DNA of 64,000 bases from Octopus vulgaris. Lineage: Eukaryota. Of the stretch, positions 1-12,047 are shown one piece after another. Within the stretch, counting starts at the first letter, position 1; every line of letters starts with the position of its first letter. Location of the stretch: positions 49,600,001-49,664,000 of the forward strand of contig OX597825.1 in the NCBI GenBank assembly GCA_951406725.2, read 5' to 3'. The notes beneath the pieces were generated by a model. That model had not been told where the DNA came from. It saw only the letters and a list, made by a program, of their open reading frames with translations, and ran no database searches. Both the position numbers and the translations under genes were made by a program.

Positions 1-410
1 TGTGCATCTGATACTTGGTTGATATTTCCTGTTCCTGGATTGCAGACGCGTACCCTTCAAAGTGGGAGGTAGCAATCCGGCTATTGGTCCATGATATACT
101 ACTTTCATAATCAATGTTACTATCACCTTGGAGCTTTCTACTATCATATCCATGCATAGTCTTTCGCTCATATATGCTCATCCTTTCATCCAATGATATG
201 TTGCAGTTGAGTCATGCGACTTCTTTGGGCATGTTTTCTAGGTTATCAGACACAGAATATTGTTCACGGAGTTGCCTTCGAAGTCTTATGATATTATCAG
301 CATCATGTATGCAAACTTGCTCAAGGGATGGACTTCGATAGTTGGTGGTTAAAAGATGTTGTCCGAAGGGATATGATACTACATTGAAAAGCATTCTGGA
401 TCGATGTTAA
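1..410 (-). mobile_element. R4/Dong-like RLE non-LTR retrotransposon fragment (post-RT region), decayed, runs off the window start
   Basis: Reading through the stop of ORF 212..394 gives MHGYDSRKLQGDSNIDYESSISWTNSRIATSHFEGYASAIQEQEISTKY. This aligns by eye with LHGKYCTKLNAKEIDKEKSQQWLRSSGLKVETEGFLIAAQDQSLPTRNY of the 42-43 kb element. Confidence 0.75.
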
Positions 411-1689
411 GCTTCTGCTGCCTTGCTTTCGTTTTAGGTAGAGGCGGCCTACATATGTATGTGTGTATGTATGTATTATATATGTATGTTTGTATGTATG
501 CATGCTTAGAATCTTATTTAAAACAGTTTGATCTGGCTTAAAATTATTGATGCGGCTTAAAATTTAGCCGACCTCTTTACAGAAACCTGGCTCGTTCAGG
601 CTTAATTAACATCTATATATTGCTTCATTTTTGTTACCATGATCAGTAATTTACTTAGGAACGAATATCACGTTTGAACACATTTTTGTTTGTATTCTTA
701 TTGCTATTATAATTCATACATGAAATATCTCTAGATTAATCGATTAATCAGCAACTACTTTTACAAAGCTAATTACGCTTGAGAGTGCAATAATTAGCTT
801 TGTTTATATTATCTGTACATATGAATACATTCACGGCTACAGATTTTATAATCTTAAATTAATCCAAGGTATTATCATATATATTTATTATACATTTCTA
901 TGATTTCTGTACGTAATTACACAGAAATATGTAGACAACAAAGCGTCAGATAAAATAATATCTATATCTGCGATGGCGTGGAAAGCTCCAAATACATTAT
1001 GTTTTTAGAGAGTGGTTGATAAAAGAGCGCAATTTAGAAAGCCTTAATATAACGCGGTATTTTATGAGTTCGACTCCTACCGATGTCAAGTGCAGAAATG
1101 ATCAAATACATTCAATTCTGTTATATGCAGTGCTCATATTTGTATAGATGCCACATCCAGACACTTACACACAAACTGCTTAAGTGTTAAACAACAATGT
1201 AGTTTCACCAAATAACACGAGAATACACCTCGATGTATAGGTACGTACGACACATATTAACATATTTTTTGGATTCGCAGTTATAAAATATACCGAAACA
1301 GAAATAGGAATAAAAGTATTTAGAGAGAGAAGTCGAATCTTCTTACCTATTAACAATGAGATACATTCAATGAAATTATGGGTGATAAATGCAAAGTTTT
1401 AGTTTTTAAGCATTTTCAAAGGTTTTGGGCTGCGTACATGATGTAAAATTTCTTCATTCATTGAATCTCTCGAAGCAGGTATTCGGAATATATGACAGAG
1501 AGGAATGAAAGGAATGCCGTAGCTGTGAGAGTTGAAATCTTAAGCCAGTACCAGAATGATATTTACATTTGTACTTGGAATAAATAGCATGGAACCATGG
1601 ATAACAATCAAGAAATGTCCTATGATGTAGAAAAATGAAGCTAAGTAATCTATAGTAGATGCTATATGTCTGTGAGTGTGTGTGTGTAT

Positions 1690-1785
1690 GACGGACTTCT
1701 TTCAGATTCCGTCTCCCAAATCCACTCAAGACTTTGGTCTGACCGAGGCTATAGTAGAAGACACTTGCCCAAGATTCCACGCAGT
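1690..1785 (-). mobile_element. SINE fragment (family of 26780-27255)
   Basis: Reverse complement matches cttgggcaagtgtcttctactatagcctcgg...gtggatttgg...ctgaaagaag of the full copy at 26.8 kb. Confidence 0.85.
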
Positions 1786-2139
1786 TTATCTTCTTAGCAT
1801 TTTAAAAGATCATCAGCCACAGAGGAAATATTCAACAAACATGCACCATACTATAATGAAGCGTTAGCTACGGCTGTATATAAAGGAAACATCAAGCTTG
1901 AAAATAATGAAACCCCATATAATAATAACGCAAACGCAAAAAAAGGTAGAATACATACATAACACGAATGAAGTTCACAAACGAATAACAACACACAAAT
2001 GGGTAAAACACGAGGAACAATGGAAAGATAGGCGGAAAACAGATATATAAAGAATAGAAATTATTTGAACACAGACGCACATAATTACATTAACACACAA
2101 AATAGGTTGAAGGAAGCAAAAAAAGTAGAAAAATTCGGA

Positions 2140-2990
2140 GGTCCTACGGTATAATCAATTTTTGGACTCCAAATACCGTCCAAGATAGATAATTCATTGC
2201 AGCATTAAATAGATGCTTTCCTAAAAGATATAGATGCTACCGTCTATTCAACAAGCACACGGTGAAAATATCATACACAGCATCTTACAACATGTAGTAC
2301 TACATAGATAAATACAACAACAGGAAATTAAACATACAAGCGTCTGCTGGCAGAGAACAAACAAATCAAATCATCACAGGATTATGGCCAATAACAAAAA
2401 TAAACATAACTGCAAAAACTCAGATAACGTGAACGACAAGGGCAATAAAATGGAAATGAATCATCAAATAAGGTCGAACGAAAAAGACTGCCGATTCCAC
2501 AATGCTTCAGACACTAACAGTCAAAAGGAACATCATGGAAAGAGAATCAAAAGGCCACCAGATAAACATAAACATAATAGTAAAAATAACTGCACATGCC
2601 GTAGAAATCCAATTGTCCGCTCATGAACTAATGTGTCCAAAAAACACAGTATACAAATGCACAATCTTCACATGCAAGCATAAATACGTGTACATAGTTG
2701 CCATGGAAAACCAATTCAAAATCCGTTATCGCAAACACATCTCGCCATACCGAAAAATACACAGACGATGCGCAACTTCACTGGTGGACCTTATATGCAG
2801 GATGAAAGACTAAACAATTATTGTCAGTAACAAAAATATGCACACCCATGTAATTCGCTATTCGACAAATCTGACCATTGCTTTGAGGAAGCAGTTAGTG
2901 TACTGCTGAGTAATGAGAACCTGGTAAACAAGCATAGTGAGAAAATTCCAAGGTCAAATCACCGCGCCAAATATGCATTTTCAATAATAT
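2140..2990 (+). mobile_element. Penelope-like element remnant (RT thumb, Asn-rich linker, GIY-YIG endonuclease)
   Basis: Translation gives RCFPKRYRCYRLFNKHTVKISY, then CTCRRNP, then KNTVYKCTIFTCKHKYVYIVAMENQFKIRYRKH...ATSLVDLICRMKD, which is the GIY-YIG layout. Stops and frameshifts are present. Confidence 0.8.
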
Positions 2991-3167
2991 TAATTATTAT
3001 AAAACTTATAATAATTAATATTCTGTTTCACCACTCGTATCCTTCGCATTTCACGTCTGTATATGTGTATATATATATGATGGAGCCCAGCGATATAGCT
3101 ATGTACATATGTATATATATATAGTTATATATATATATATATATATATAGATATATATATATATATT

Positions 3168-3601
3168 AGGTTATATAATTGTGAGACGGGTATGTTCGAT
3201 TTTTAGTGCTCTCAAATTTAAACTTAACGAAATCTTGGGCTAATGACAGGAATGTTGATATGGGTATGTATTTCTAGCATCTCTATATCTAACTAACCCA
3301 GAAACGGCGTTTTCAAGTAATCGATGTACGTGTGATCCTTCGTTATTCTTTCCTCTATACCTACGTGAATTGTTTTTGAGTATAAATTGTCTGGGAAACT
3401 CTTCTTATGGTAGAGGAAATAGCTAAATTATTTGGCTGCTATTTCTAAAAGTTCGGTGTGTGGTAAAGTAAATTTTTTGCTGAACCCTAATTATATAACG
3501 TAATGTTTTACATATACCGTAAATGGTCTTTTTACATACTGAACACTACTTCATAAAATTATTAATTAATAATTAATTAATTTTACCCTTTTATTATTGA
3601 C
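3168..3601 (+). mobile_element. Diverged single copy of the HHR-bearing unit arrayed at 50.4-51.9 kb, between (TA)n tracts
   Basis: 3435-3600 aligns with 51771-51910 and the reverse complement of the array unit. A decayed HHR lies at 3234-3316: cttggg CTAATGA ... GAAAC GGC GTT ttcaag. Confidence 0.75.
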
Positions 3602-4408
3602 TATATATATATATGTGTGTGTGTGTGTAGATGCATGTATGGGGCTACCCAGAGGTATAGTTGTGTGTATATGTGTATGTGACTGATTGTATAAGCGTAT
3701 ATGTGAGTGTATTTAATAATAGTAAAACTGAGCATGTGCAACCTAATATGTGAAACAAAGTGGACAACAAGTGTGTCCAATGCCGTACATATCAAGCGTG
3801 CGGAGACACGTAGACAGCGAGCAGATTTGGACTGCCGGTGTCTACAAGATTACAAAAAAGCAAGTGGGATGATTTTGTATCAAAGTCAAAGATTTACTAA
3901 CGGGGACAGCAATTATATATCACCTGAGGGGATAATACTGGACCCCATTATACAGGTAAACCGTTGCCCATATATGTACATATATGTGTACATATATATA
4001 AATATATATGTTTATATATATATATATATATACTTTTCAAACGCGGAGTAGCCGAAACAGGGGCAACAGAAGAAGGGGAATATTACTTGTGTTGTATGTC
4101 TTGTACTCTGTTTTTTCGTTGTTTGAAAAAAATGTCCGTTTCCCTCTTTTTGTTTTTATATTTTCGTTTCTCATTGTGTTCAACGTATTTTGGTGTCCTG
4201 TACCCATATATGCATGTATATATACATATAGAAGTAGGTATGTACATATATGTATGTATATATGCATATGTTTTATATATCATTTTGTTATTATATGATC
4301 GAAATCCACGAATCCACTTCCAAGTAAGTTTTACCTTATATGTATATATACATATATATAAACACATACACACACACACACAGACACATACATATATATA
4401 TATATATG

Positions 4409-4913
4409 GGGTAAAATATGAAAAAATCAACGAAAATGCATATTGCAAATGGAAAAAGGCTATTTATGACAGGTAGTGACAAATATATACATTTAGATTG
4501 ACTGAGGTATTAATACGAGTCATAAAACTCATTATTATGAGATGATTATAAGATGATAATAAAGTAAGGGAACAAAACGAACCAGTGGTTTACGCGAAGG
4601 CTATTCATCGTTTGAACAACACCGGTTAATATACGGTGTCAGGTCTAATAGTTCCTTTTTTTCTCAGGAACTATTAGACCTGACACCGTATATTAACCGG
4701 TGTTGTTCAAACGATAACTAGCCTTCGCGTAAACCACTGGTTCGTTTTGTTCTCTTACTTTATTATCATGTTATAATCATCTCTTAATAATGACCTTTAA
4801 GACTCGTATTACTACCTCAGTCAATCTAAATGTATATATTCGTCACTACCTGTCATAAATAGCCTTTTTCCATTTGCAATATGCATTTTCGTTGATTTTT
4901 TCATATTTTACCC
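4409..4913. repeat. Fold-back element: ~248-bp inverted arms around a 9-nt loop, bounded by (TA)n, with an HHR-like motif in each arm
   Basis: gggtaaaatatgaaaaaatc...taatagttcct (4409-4656) is the reverse complement of aggaactatta...catattttaccc (4666-4913), with scattered mismatches. Confidence 0.95.
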
Positions 4914-4963
4914 TTACATTACCACGTGTATACTATATTTTCCTTTCGTAACATATTTCTATG

Positions 4964-4997
<34 letters not shown>

Positions 4998-5003
<6 letters not shown>

Positions 5004-5729
5004 TAATAATGCAACATTTCATGTGCATGTTGCTAAATTGGCACTGAAATGTAGGCAGCTGACCGGATGGATTCTTAGAACCTTTAGTACAAGAGCCCAG
5101 GAAACCATGATGATCCTCTGGAGGACACTTGTCCTAAGCCACATTGACTATTGCTCTCAGCTATGGTCACCATCCAGTGTCAAGTTAATCACAGAAATTG
5201 AGGCGATCCAACGAAGCTACACGAAGAAGCCTCTGTGCAGCATATAAGCTACTGGGAAAGACTCAAGAGATTAAAACTCTATTCCTTAGAGCGTAGGTGA
5301 GAAAGATATGCCATAATATACATCTGGAAGATCCTAGAAGGACTTGTCCCAAACTTTTGCATCGAGAGTTACACAAATACTAGAACTGGGCGCCACTGCA
5401 TAATACCAAGGACCCTAAATTTGCCATCAAGATGAAGGACAAGATAGTGTGATAGCCTGGGCGTCAGAGGCCCACAGCTCTTCAATATCCTCCCGAAGAA
5501 CCTGAGAGACCTGCATGGGGTGGATGCTGATGTCTTTAAAATGAAACTGGATCTCTTCCTGTCAGGTGTCCCAGATGAACCAACTTCACGGTAGGAGGTG
5601 CAGATGAGGGCAGCTGCATCGAACTCTCTCATGCACCAAATGGCAATTGCTAAAAAGCATTCGTGAAGTAGAATCGTGTAGTAACACCAAATGGCGGTGC
5701 CCCAGCATGGCCACAGCTCGTGAGCTGAA
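4998..5729 (+). mobile_element. CR1/L2-group LINE, 5'-truncated 3' end
   Basis: GWILRTF...LVLSHIDYCSQLWSP...IEAIQRSYTK, then SYWERLKRLKLYSLERR*ERYAIIYIWKILEGLVPN, then LFNILPKNLRDL...FKMKLDLFLSGVPDEP. This is a typical post-RT C-terminus. Confidence 0.85.
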
Positions 5730-5759
5730 TATATATATATATATAATATATATATATAG

Positions 5760-5803
<44 letters not shown>

Positions 5804-5840
5804 TTAAAAAAGGAGATGTGGAACACGAGTTGTGATATAT

Positions 5841-6124
5841 AAAAAAGGAAATGAAGAAAATGCTGACAAAATAATTTAAGTAATTTAAGTAATTTAATTA
5901 GGTGAAAGTTCTTTTTACCGGTTGCGCATTTGTTATGCTTATCAAAAGATTAGAGTTCCTTTCTGATAGATTTTTTCCTCTTATAAGATAAGAGGAAAAA
6001 ATCTATCAGAAAGGAACTCTAATATTTTGATAAGCATAACAAATGCGCAACCGGTAAAAAGAACTTTCACCTAATTAAATTACTTAAATTACTTAAATTA
6101 TTTTGTCAGCATTTTCTTCATTTC

Positions 6125-6129
<5 letters not shown>
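5841..6129. repeat. Fold-back element: ~143-bp near-perfect inverted arms around a 3-nt loop, bounded by (TA)n, with an HHR-like motif in each arm
   Basis: aaaaggaaatgaagaaaatgctgac...cctcttat aag ataagagg...gtcagcattttcttcatttcctttt. Confidence 0.95.
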
Positions 6130-6162
<33 letters not shown>

Positions 6163-6744
6163 GAATATATATATTGATATATATATATAGGTGTGTATAT
6201 ACGTGTTTATATCTATGTGTGTGTCTTAGTGTCTGTGTCTGTCACAGATACAATAAGCCAACTGGGATCATTATTGGCAACATCCTGTGACATATAACGA
6301 CAAGCTAGAAATATCACAGTAGAAGAGAAAAATTTCACTTGCTCATTGTGTGTTAATTGAATGGAGATGTAGTCTACTTATCGAATATTACATCCTCTCG
6401 TCCGACCTTTCATCGCTACAAATATAAATACAGATACATACATCCGTTCATACAACATGACACAGCCAACATCAAAATGCAGGCATGAACGACCGTTTTA
6501 AATGCCCTTTTGAACGTTTCCTTGTCCTGGTATATCACCTGTTCCAACGTACACCAGTAACTAGTTTACTTTTTGCATACATATATACATATATATATAT
6601 ATATTACGGAGATGTACTCGCATAGCAAGTAATTTGATCTGAGATCGTGTGCTGAAACGAAAACAATTGCAGCGTGGGAGGTGTTTATAAGACATTTAAG
6701 AAACACACAAAAGCCGTTCGATTCACTCCAACATTTAAGTTTAA

Positions 6745-6794
6745 TTTGTCAAAATATTTTCGTCGCTAAAATCCGCGACCTGTTCACTGACAAA
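6745..6794 (-). ncRNA. Hammerhead-like motif with G3-C8 core variant
   Basis: Minus strand: tttgtca GTGAACA g gtcgc ggatttta gcgac GAAA ATAT TT tgacaaa. It has a 7-bp stem I, 5-bp stem II and palindromic AATATT stem III. A homologous copy lies at ~37043-37090. Confidence 0.6.
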
Positions 6795-6802
6795 GTCCGT
6801 GC

Positions 6803-6890
<88 letters not shown>

Positions 6891-6892
6891 GA

Positions 6893-7236
6893 AAATAAGC
6901 AACAAAGATATCCAGAGGTAATGCAGTACGGTCGTTTCATGCAACTCCATTTAATTGGACAATGCAGTCCTTACATCACTTCAAAATACAGAAAAAATCC
7001 TCTAAACTGGAGTGGGGACACTATGTTCTTTGTCTATCTCCTTAACTTCTTGGAGATTTTAGATATAATTATACTAATATGTCCAACTGTTCTAATTTAA
7101 CTAAATTCTATGTCTTTGTGCAGCTAGAGATTGCCCTGCATTTTAATTTGATGTAATGATTGCATTGTTCAATTAAATGGAGTTGCATGAAACGATCGTA
7201 CTGCATTACATCTGGCTATCCTTGCTGCTTATTGTG
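6893..7236. repeat. Diverged fold-back element with a decayed HHR (7118-7205, +)
   Basis: taatgcagtacggtcgtttcatgcaactccatttaattg (6920-6957) is inverted at 7170-7208. The motif reads tgcag CTAGAGA ... GAAAC GATC GTA ctgca. Confidence 0.75.
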
Positions 7237-7340
7237 ATTTTAATCACCCTACTTTGACATTGTATGGATAATAGCTTGCTAAATTCTGGTGCCTCAACTT
7301 AAGTACCATATTCATCTGAATCTCCGTCTCTCTCTCTCTT

Positions 7341-7392
<52 letters not shown>

Positions 7393-7733
7393 GGGTAAAG
7401 ACCCCCTTCGGTCATGAATGACCATGGGATTGCACCTAGAAAGTTACCCTCCTAGATACAAGTCCGGGCAAGGTTGTTTATGGAAGACCAGCAGTCGCCC
7501 ATGCATACCAGCCTCCCCTCTCCACGCCACCTGTGTTATTCAAGGGAAAGACAAAGGTCGATACAGCTTGGCACCAGTGACGTCGCAACTCATTTCTACA
7601 GCTGAGTGAACTGGAGCAACGTAAAATAAAGTGCCTTGCTCGAGAACACAACACGCAGCCCGGTCCGGGATTCGAGCTCACAACCTCACGATCGTAAGCT
7701 CGACGCTCTAACAACTGAGCCATGCGCCTTCAC
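7393..7733 (-). mobile_element. tRNA-derived SINE, near full length
   Basis: Minus-strand head gtgaaggcgcaTGGCTCAGTTGttagagcg...gagCTCGAATCCcgg carries A- and B-box-like Pol III motifs, followed by a non-tRNA body. Confidence 0.85.
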
Positions 7734-7735
7734 GT

Positions 7736-8060
7736 GAGTGAGAGAGCAGTGCATGCCATCAAAGTGACACTGGGGTAAAATATACGAAGCCCAATATACC
7801 CATCATGACTACCCGTCTAATAAAGGTACACCAGGCACATGCATCACAACCATATGTGCGCGACATGGTGATCTCATATCAAGATAAACAGCACATGACC
7901 TTGCAGGTGAGGCCCAGTTAGAATTTTCTTCAGGTTGAGTAGCCTATCCCGCTCAAAAGGTCTCTGAATAAGGGTTGTTTAAGGATGTTGAAAGAACCAC
8001 CCATGTTTCCAGAGGTGAATTATTCAAACCCCAAAGAATCCGTCTCAACACATGGCTATG
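7736..8060 (-). mobile_element. 3' part of the ~555-bp (AAT)n-associated non-coding element
   Basis: Near-identical to 41160-41483. Confidence 0.9.
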
Positions 8061-8106
<46 letters not shown>

Positions 8107-8107
<1 letters not shown>

Positions 8108-8456
8108 TTTTTTTTTCTTCTTTCAAAATTGCTTCCATTTCTTGCCGAGTGTCTTCCCGACTCCTAGGGCAAAGAAACTCATAGTATACTTTGGTAGGCC
8201 ATTAAACCAAACTCAATAGTTCGTTCATTTATTTTATAAAAAAATTTTTTTTTTTTTAAGTTAAATTAAAATACATGAGCAGCAACAGTTTTCACATCGA
8301 CAATTCTCTTCTCAATATGTGTGATGTACCAGTTAAGACAATCTTTTGCACTTCTTGCAGGGATGGTAGGCCAGGGATCATTCTCATATAATTTTCGGTT
8401 CCCTTCTTGATCATTCCTAGTGCTCCTACGATCACTGGTATTGTAACCACCTTGAG

Positions 8457-8457
<1 letters not shown>
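8107..8457 (-). mobile_element. R4/Dong-like LINE, extreme 3' end between (AAT)n tracts
   Basis: Minus strand reads LKVVTIPVIVGALGMIKKGTENYMRMIPGLPSLQEVQKIVLTGTSHILRRELSM*, then a 3' UTR and an (AAT)n tail. Confidence 0.85.
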
Positions 8458-8518
<61 letters not shown>

Positions 8519-8619
8519 GTATGCATAATAATAATAATAGTAATAATAATAAGAATGTGTATAGTTATTTACTTCCATTTGTTTATTTATCTGTGTATTT
8601 TATGTTATTATGATTTTAG

Positions 8620-10085
8620 TTTTGTTTATATTGTAACCAGTTTATGGGGATCTTCTGTCATATGCTGTAGTGTGTGCTAGTGTTCCATTCCAGTCTCCTA
8701 TTCAGGATAGGTTTATCTTCTATTATGCGTGTAGCTTCCGTAATTTGTCTGATTGTTGCATCTGTTCTACGTGTGGACAAGATTGTTGTTGATTGAGCCC
8801 CCGTGTTCCTACTCGGCGTGTTGGTACAGAACCGATTAGCTCTTTCCTTCCTTACTTCCTCTCCAATGTACATTTACCCGCTCTCCTATGCTCCGTGCCT
8901 TTTCCCCTACGTATGTCGTTGTCTTGTTACTGCATCGTCCCTCTATACATCTTATACTATAGACTACATTTCTAGTTTTACAGTTTGTTTATGGGCTAAA
9001 TCTAAACACAGTACAGTACTTATCCGTACAGGAGGGTTCTACTAAAAGGGTAGGTTCTTCCGATTATAGATTTGATAGGGTTCCCTGGCCTTTCAATAAC
9101 CTTAATCCTTAGCTTAAGTTTGTCTAGGGCCCTTCAAAAGCGGTACGCCAGTTCACCTCTTGGGGTGGTTTCGACGAACATGACACTCTGGTATTTGTGG
9201 CTATCATACCAAGAGTTGGCCTTCCCTATTTCTTTTTTGTCCTTTCTATAGTGTTCCATGACTTGTTCCTATAGAGTGGGCAAATCCCATTCCTATCATT
9301 AGATAAGATAGTATCAAATTTCTTCATGGCTCCTTTGTATACTCTGATCCTTTCTTTATGGCTGTAACCTGAGAACTGCATGCGGTGAACGAAATGTTAT
9401 ATGTGTCTCTTTAACTCTGTAGGCTTGCACATGCGGGACACATTTCGCATTATTCTGACGAGATCTGCCATCAAAATACTGAATTTGGCATTGTCCGCGA
9501 TAGCTGAGTTCCGGTGGATCAAGTATTTGGAAGCCATAGGTTTGGCATAGTACGAATGAAGGATTAGGGTTTTATTATTCTCAGTTTCTAGCCAGAGTTC
9601 TGTGTCTAGTACTGGTAGTCTATAGTTAGGGTGTTTAGTAGGGTAGTCTATCGTGACCTTAATACTCTGGTGGATGGAGGTAGCTATATGCTGAATGCTC
9701 TCCATAGTATTATTTTCTATTTCTATTTCAAGAGTACTCTCTTGTGGGGGTGCCTTTACCACTATGTTGATATCATCAACATAGCGAGAGTATATGTTCA
9801 CGAGTATGGAGCTCTGTGTTAGGCGTTCCTTAAGCCCTCTGTCCCACCATACCATGAAAAGTTTAGCCACGTCAACGGCGATACTAACGCCGATGGCTGC
9901 CCCCTCGTTCTGGCATTATATTTTATTGTTAAACTTAAACGCGTGGCCTTTTAGGGTAACTCTTATACTAGCTCCTGGAACATGTTTGATCATTTTCTTT
10001 ACCTGATGGACATTTGTGGGGGTCCGTATGGCTCTGGTCCATCCGCTCCATCTCTCTATATGGATCTATATGTGGTCATAGGAGT
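8620..10085 (-). mobile_element. Penelope-like element (RT with YVDD + GIY-YIG), 5'-truncated and decayed
   Basis: FKFNNK..QNEGAAIGVSIAVDVAKLFMVWWD...YSRYVDDINIV...LPVLD...YAKPMAS; downstream CKTRNVVYSIRCIEGRC...TYVGEKARSIGER. Confidence 0.9.
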
Positions 10086-10282
10086 GTGACGAATGAACTC
10101 TGGCCGAAATAAGATTAAGATTAATGTAAAAATTGAATAACGCTGAAGCAAAGTAACAGCAAATATATAGTGCGTGTGTTTTTATTGGCTAAACTGGCAA
10201 AATGACCATTCCTAAATACAACAATATCTGTTTCAACACGCAATTTCACATCAAAAATCTTGCATAACAAATATATATATTT

Positions 10283-10515
10283 AAGGCGGCGAGCTGGCAG
10301 AACGGTTAGCACGCCGGGCAAAATGCTTTGTGGTATTTCGTCCGCCGCTTTGTTCTGAGTTCAAATTCCGCTGAGGTCGACTTTGCCTTTCATCCTTTCG
10401 AGGTCGATTAAATAAGTACCAGTTACGCACTGGGGTCGATTTAATCGACTTAATCCGTTTGTCTGTCCTTGTTTGTTCCTTCTGTGTTTAGCCCATTGTG
10501 GGCAATAAAGAAATA
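10283..10515 (+). mobile_element. tRNA-derived SINE with a conserved central domain (gcctttcatcctttcgrggtcgat...aagtaccag)
   Basis: Head ggcgagcTGGCAGAACGG...gaGTTCAAATTCc. A second copy is at 39192-39425. Confidence 0.85.
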
Positions 10516-10560
<45 letters not shown>

Positions 10561-11984
10561 AGTAAAATATTTTCCTTCCCAAAATAGCTGTATTGAGAGA
10601 ACTTTGAAAAGTATGTCTTACGCCACGTAGAATTTCTTTACTACGACAACATCAATACTGAAAATAACAAAGCACCTGTATTTAGGTATTTAGAACGATG
10701 TATGTACTCTTCTCACTCTACTTGGTCTACTAATCAAGATCTACGACGTTACAAAAAAAAAAGCCCTTGATTAATACTGGGACGAAGTTTACCTATCCTA
10801 CACTATTTTACAGCAAAATAGCTTTCGGAACAAGCATCTTACCTCGCAAAATAAAATAAATTAGAAGTGCTATCACAGATAGTAACTGTTATTCCAACGC
10901 ACGTAATACTAATTGATCATCTCAAAACAGAGAACCAGGAAAAATCGATTATATGAGAACTTTGAAATACTGTAAATAAATCGCTATCGCCATCACGAAC
11001 ACTCATATCTCAATATGTAACTTTTTTAGTAGTCATGACTGTTGCACACATTTAACTTAAGAATATTTTGAAACTATAGTTCAAAGAAAACGAAAGACGA
11101 TACAACTGGCTTCATGTTGAAATTATTCGATGGTGCTGTACACTTGGAGTCGTGCGATATTACAGTACCTTCATATATACAGCTGCTATAAATGTCAAAG
11201 TACAGTGAGGAAAAAGTGTCATGCACGTAGTACTGATATTATTCAACTGATATTAAAGTGATATCGCAAAAGGCTGATTTTCGACAGAAAGCCGTAATGT
11301 GTATACTTAAAAGGAGAATGAAAGGTTTGTTTCAGATGCCAAATTATATTTTTATATAATGAATGTTTTTGCCGGTGATAAAACCACCGCGGTAGCAGAA
11401 AACTAAAGGCCCATCGCTTGGCTAAGCAATATGCACAAGCTTTACACAAGCCATATCAACTAATTCCTTCAGGATCATTGTTCAACATTGTACCGAAGAG
11501 GCAAATTGAAATATGGAAGTCTGGGGTTGTGCTGAAAAACTTTTGATAAACTAAGATATGCTGTTCCCAGTAAGAAAATATCGGATAATCCTTGATTATA
11601 GGAATCCTTTCGAGTCAATGTCACAATTACTCGCTTAAGACTGCCGATGTCTGCACTTGGTAGAAGTAACTGTTTCATTAGATGCGAGCGAAACGAACAT
11701 CTGTGAATATCTGTAAATATTTCAAAGGAAATATTCCAAACAGTTAATCTCTCCGTAGTGGTGATTATTCTGATAATATATCTGTTATCATTTTAATTTG
11801 TAAAGCTTATTGCTTACACGCCATGGTATATGACTGCCAGAGATAGAGACGTAACCTATAATCTCTTTGTTAGTGTCCTGGAAAACTATGATAAAGGCGC
11901 TCACAATGCTAATAATTGCTCGAGTCTCCCTACATTTTCAGCAGGCATAGGAATGGAATTGAATCAAAAGAAATGATCATATGT

Positions 11985-12047
11985 ATATGCAGGTGCTGCT
12001 AATAATATATATGCAGGTGCTGCTAATGTATATGCAGGTGCTGCTAA
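11985..12047. repeat. Three tandem copies of tatatgcaggtgctgctaat
   Basis: Read directly. Confidence 0.9.

Noticed and set aside
4409-4913. ADAR hyper-editing signature between fold-back arms
   Set aside because: Arm mismatches include many transversions and show no clear A-to-G bias.
7640-7733. tRNA genes at SINE heads (also 10283, 26780, 39192)
   Set aside because: A/B boxes are present but there is no closed cloverleaf, and each continues into a repeat body.
11470-11570. Candidate host exon (ttccttcag ... gtaag)
   Set aside because: All three frames contain stop codons.
11985-12047. CRISPR-like direct repeats
   Set aside because: Three 20-bp copies with little or no spacer, no cas genes and a eukaryotic context.
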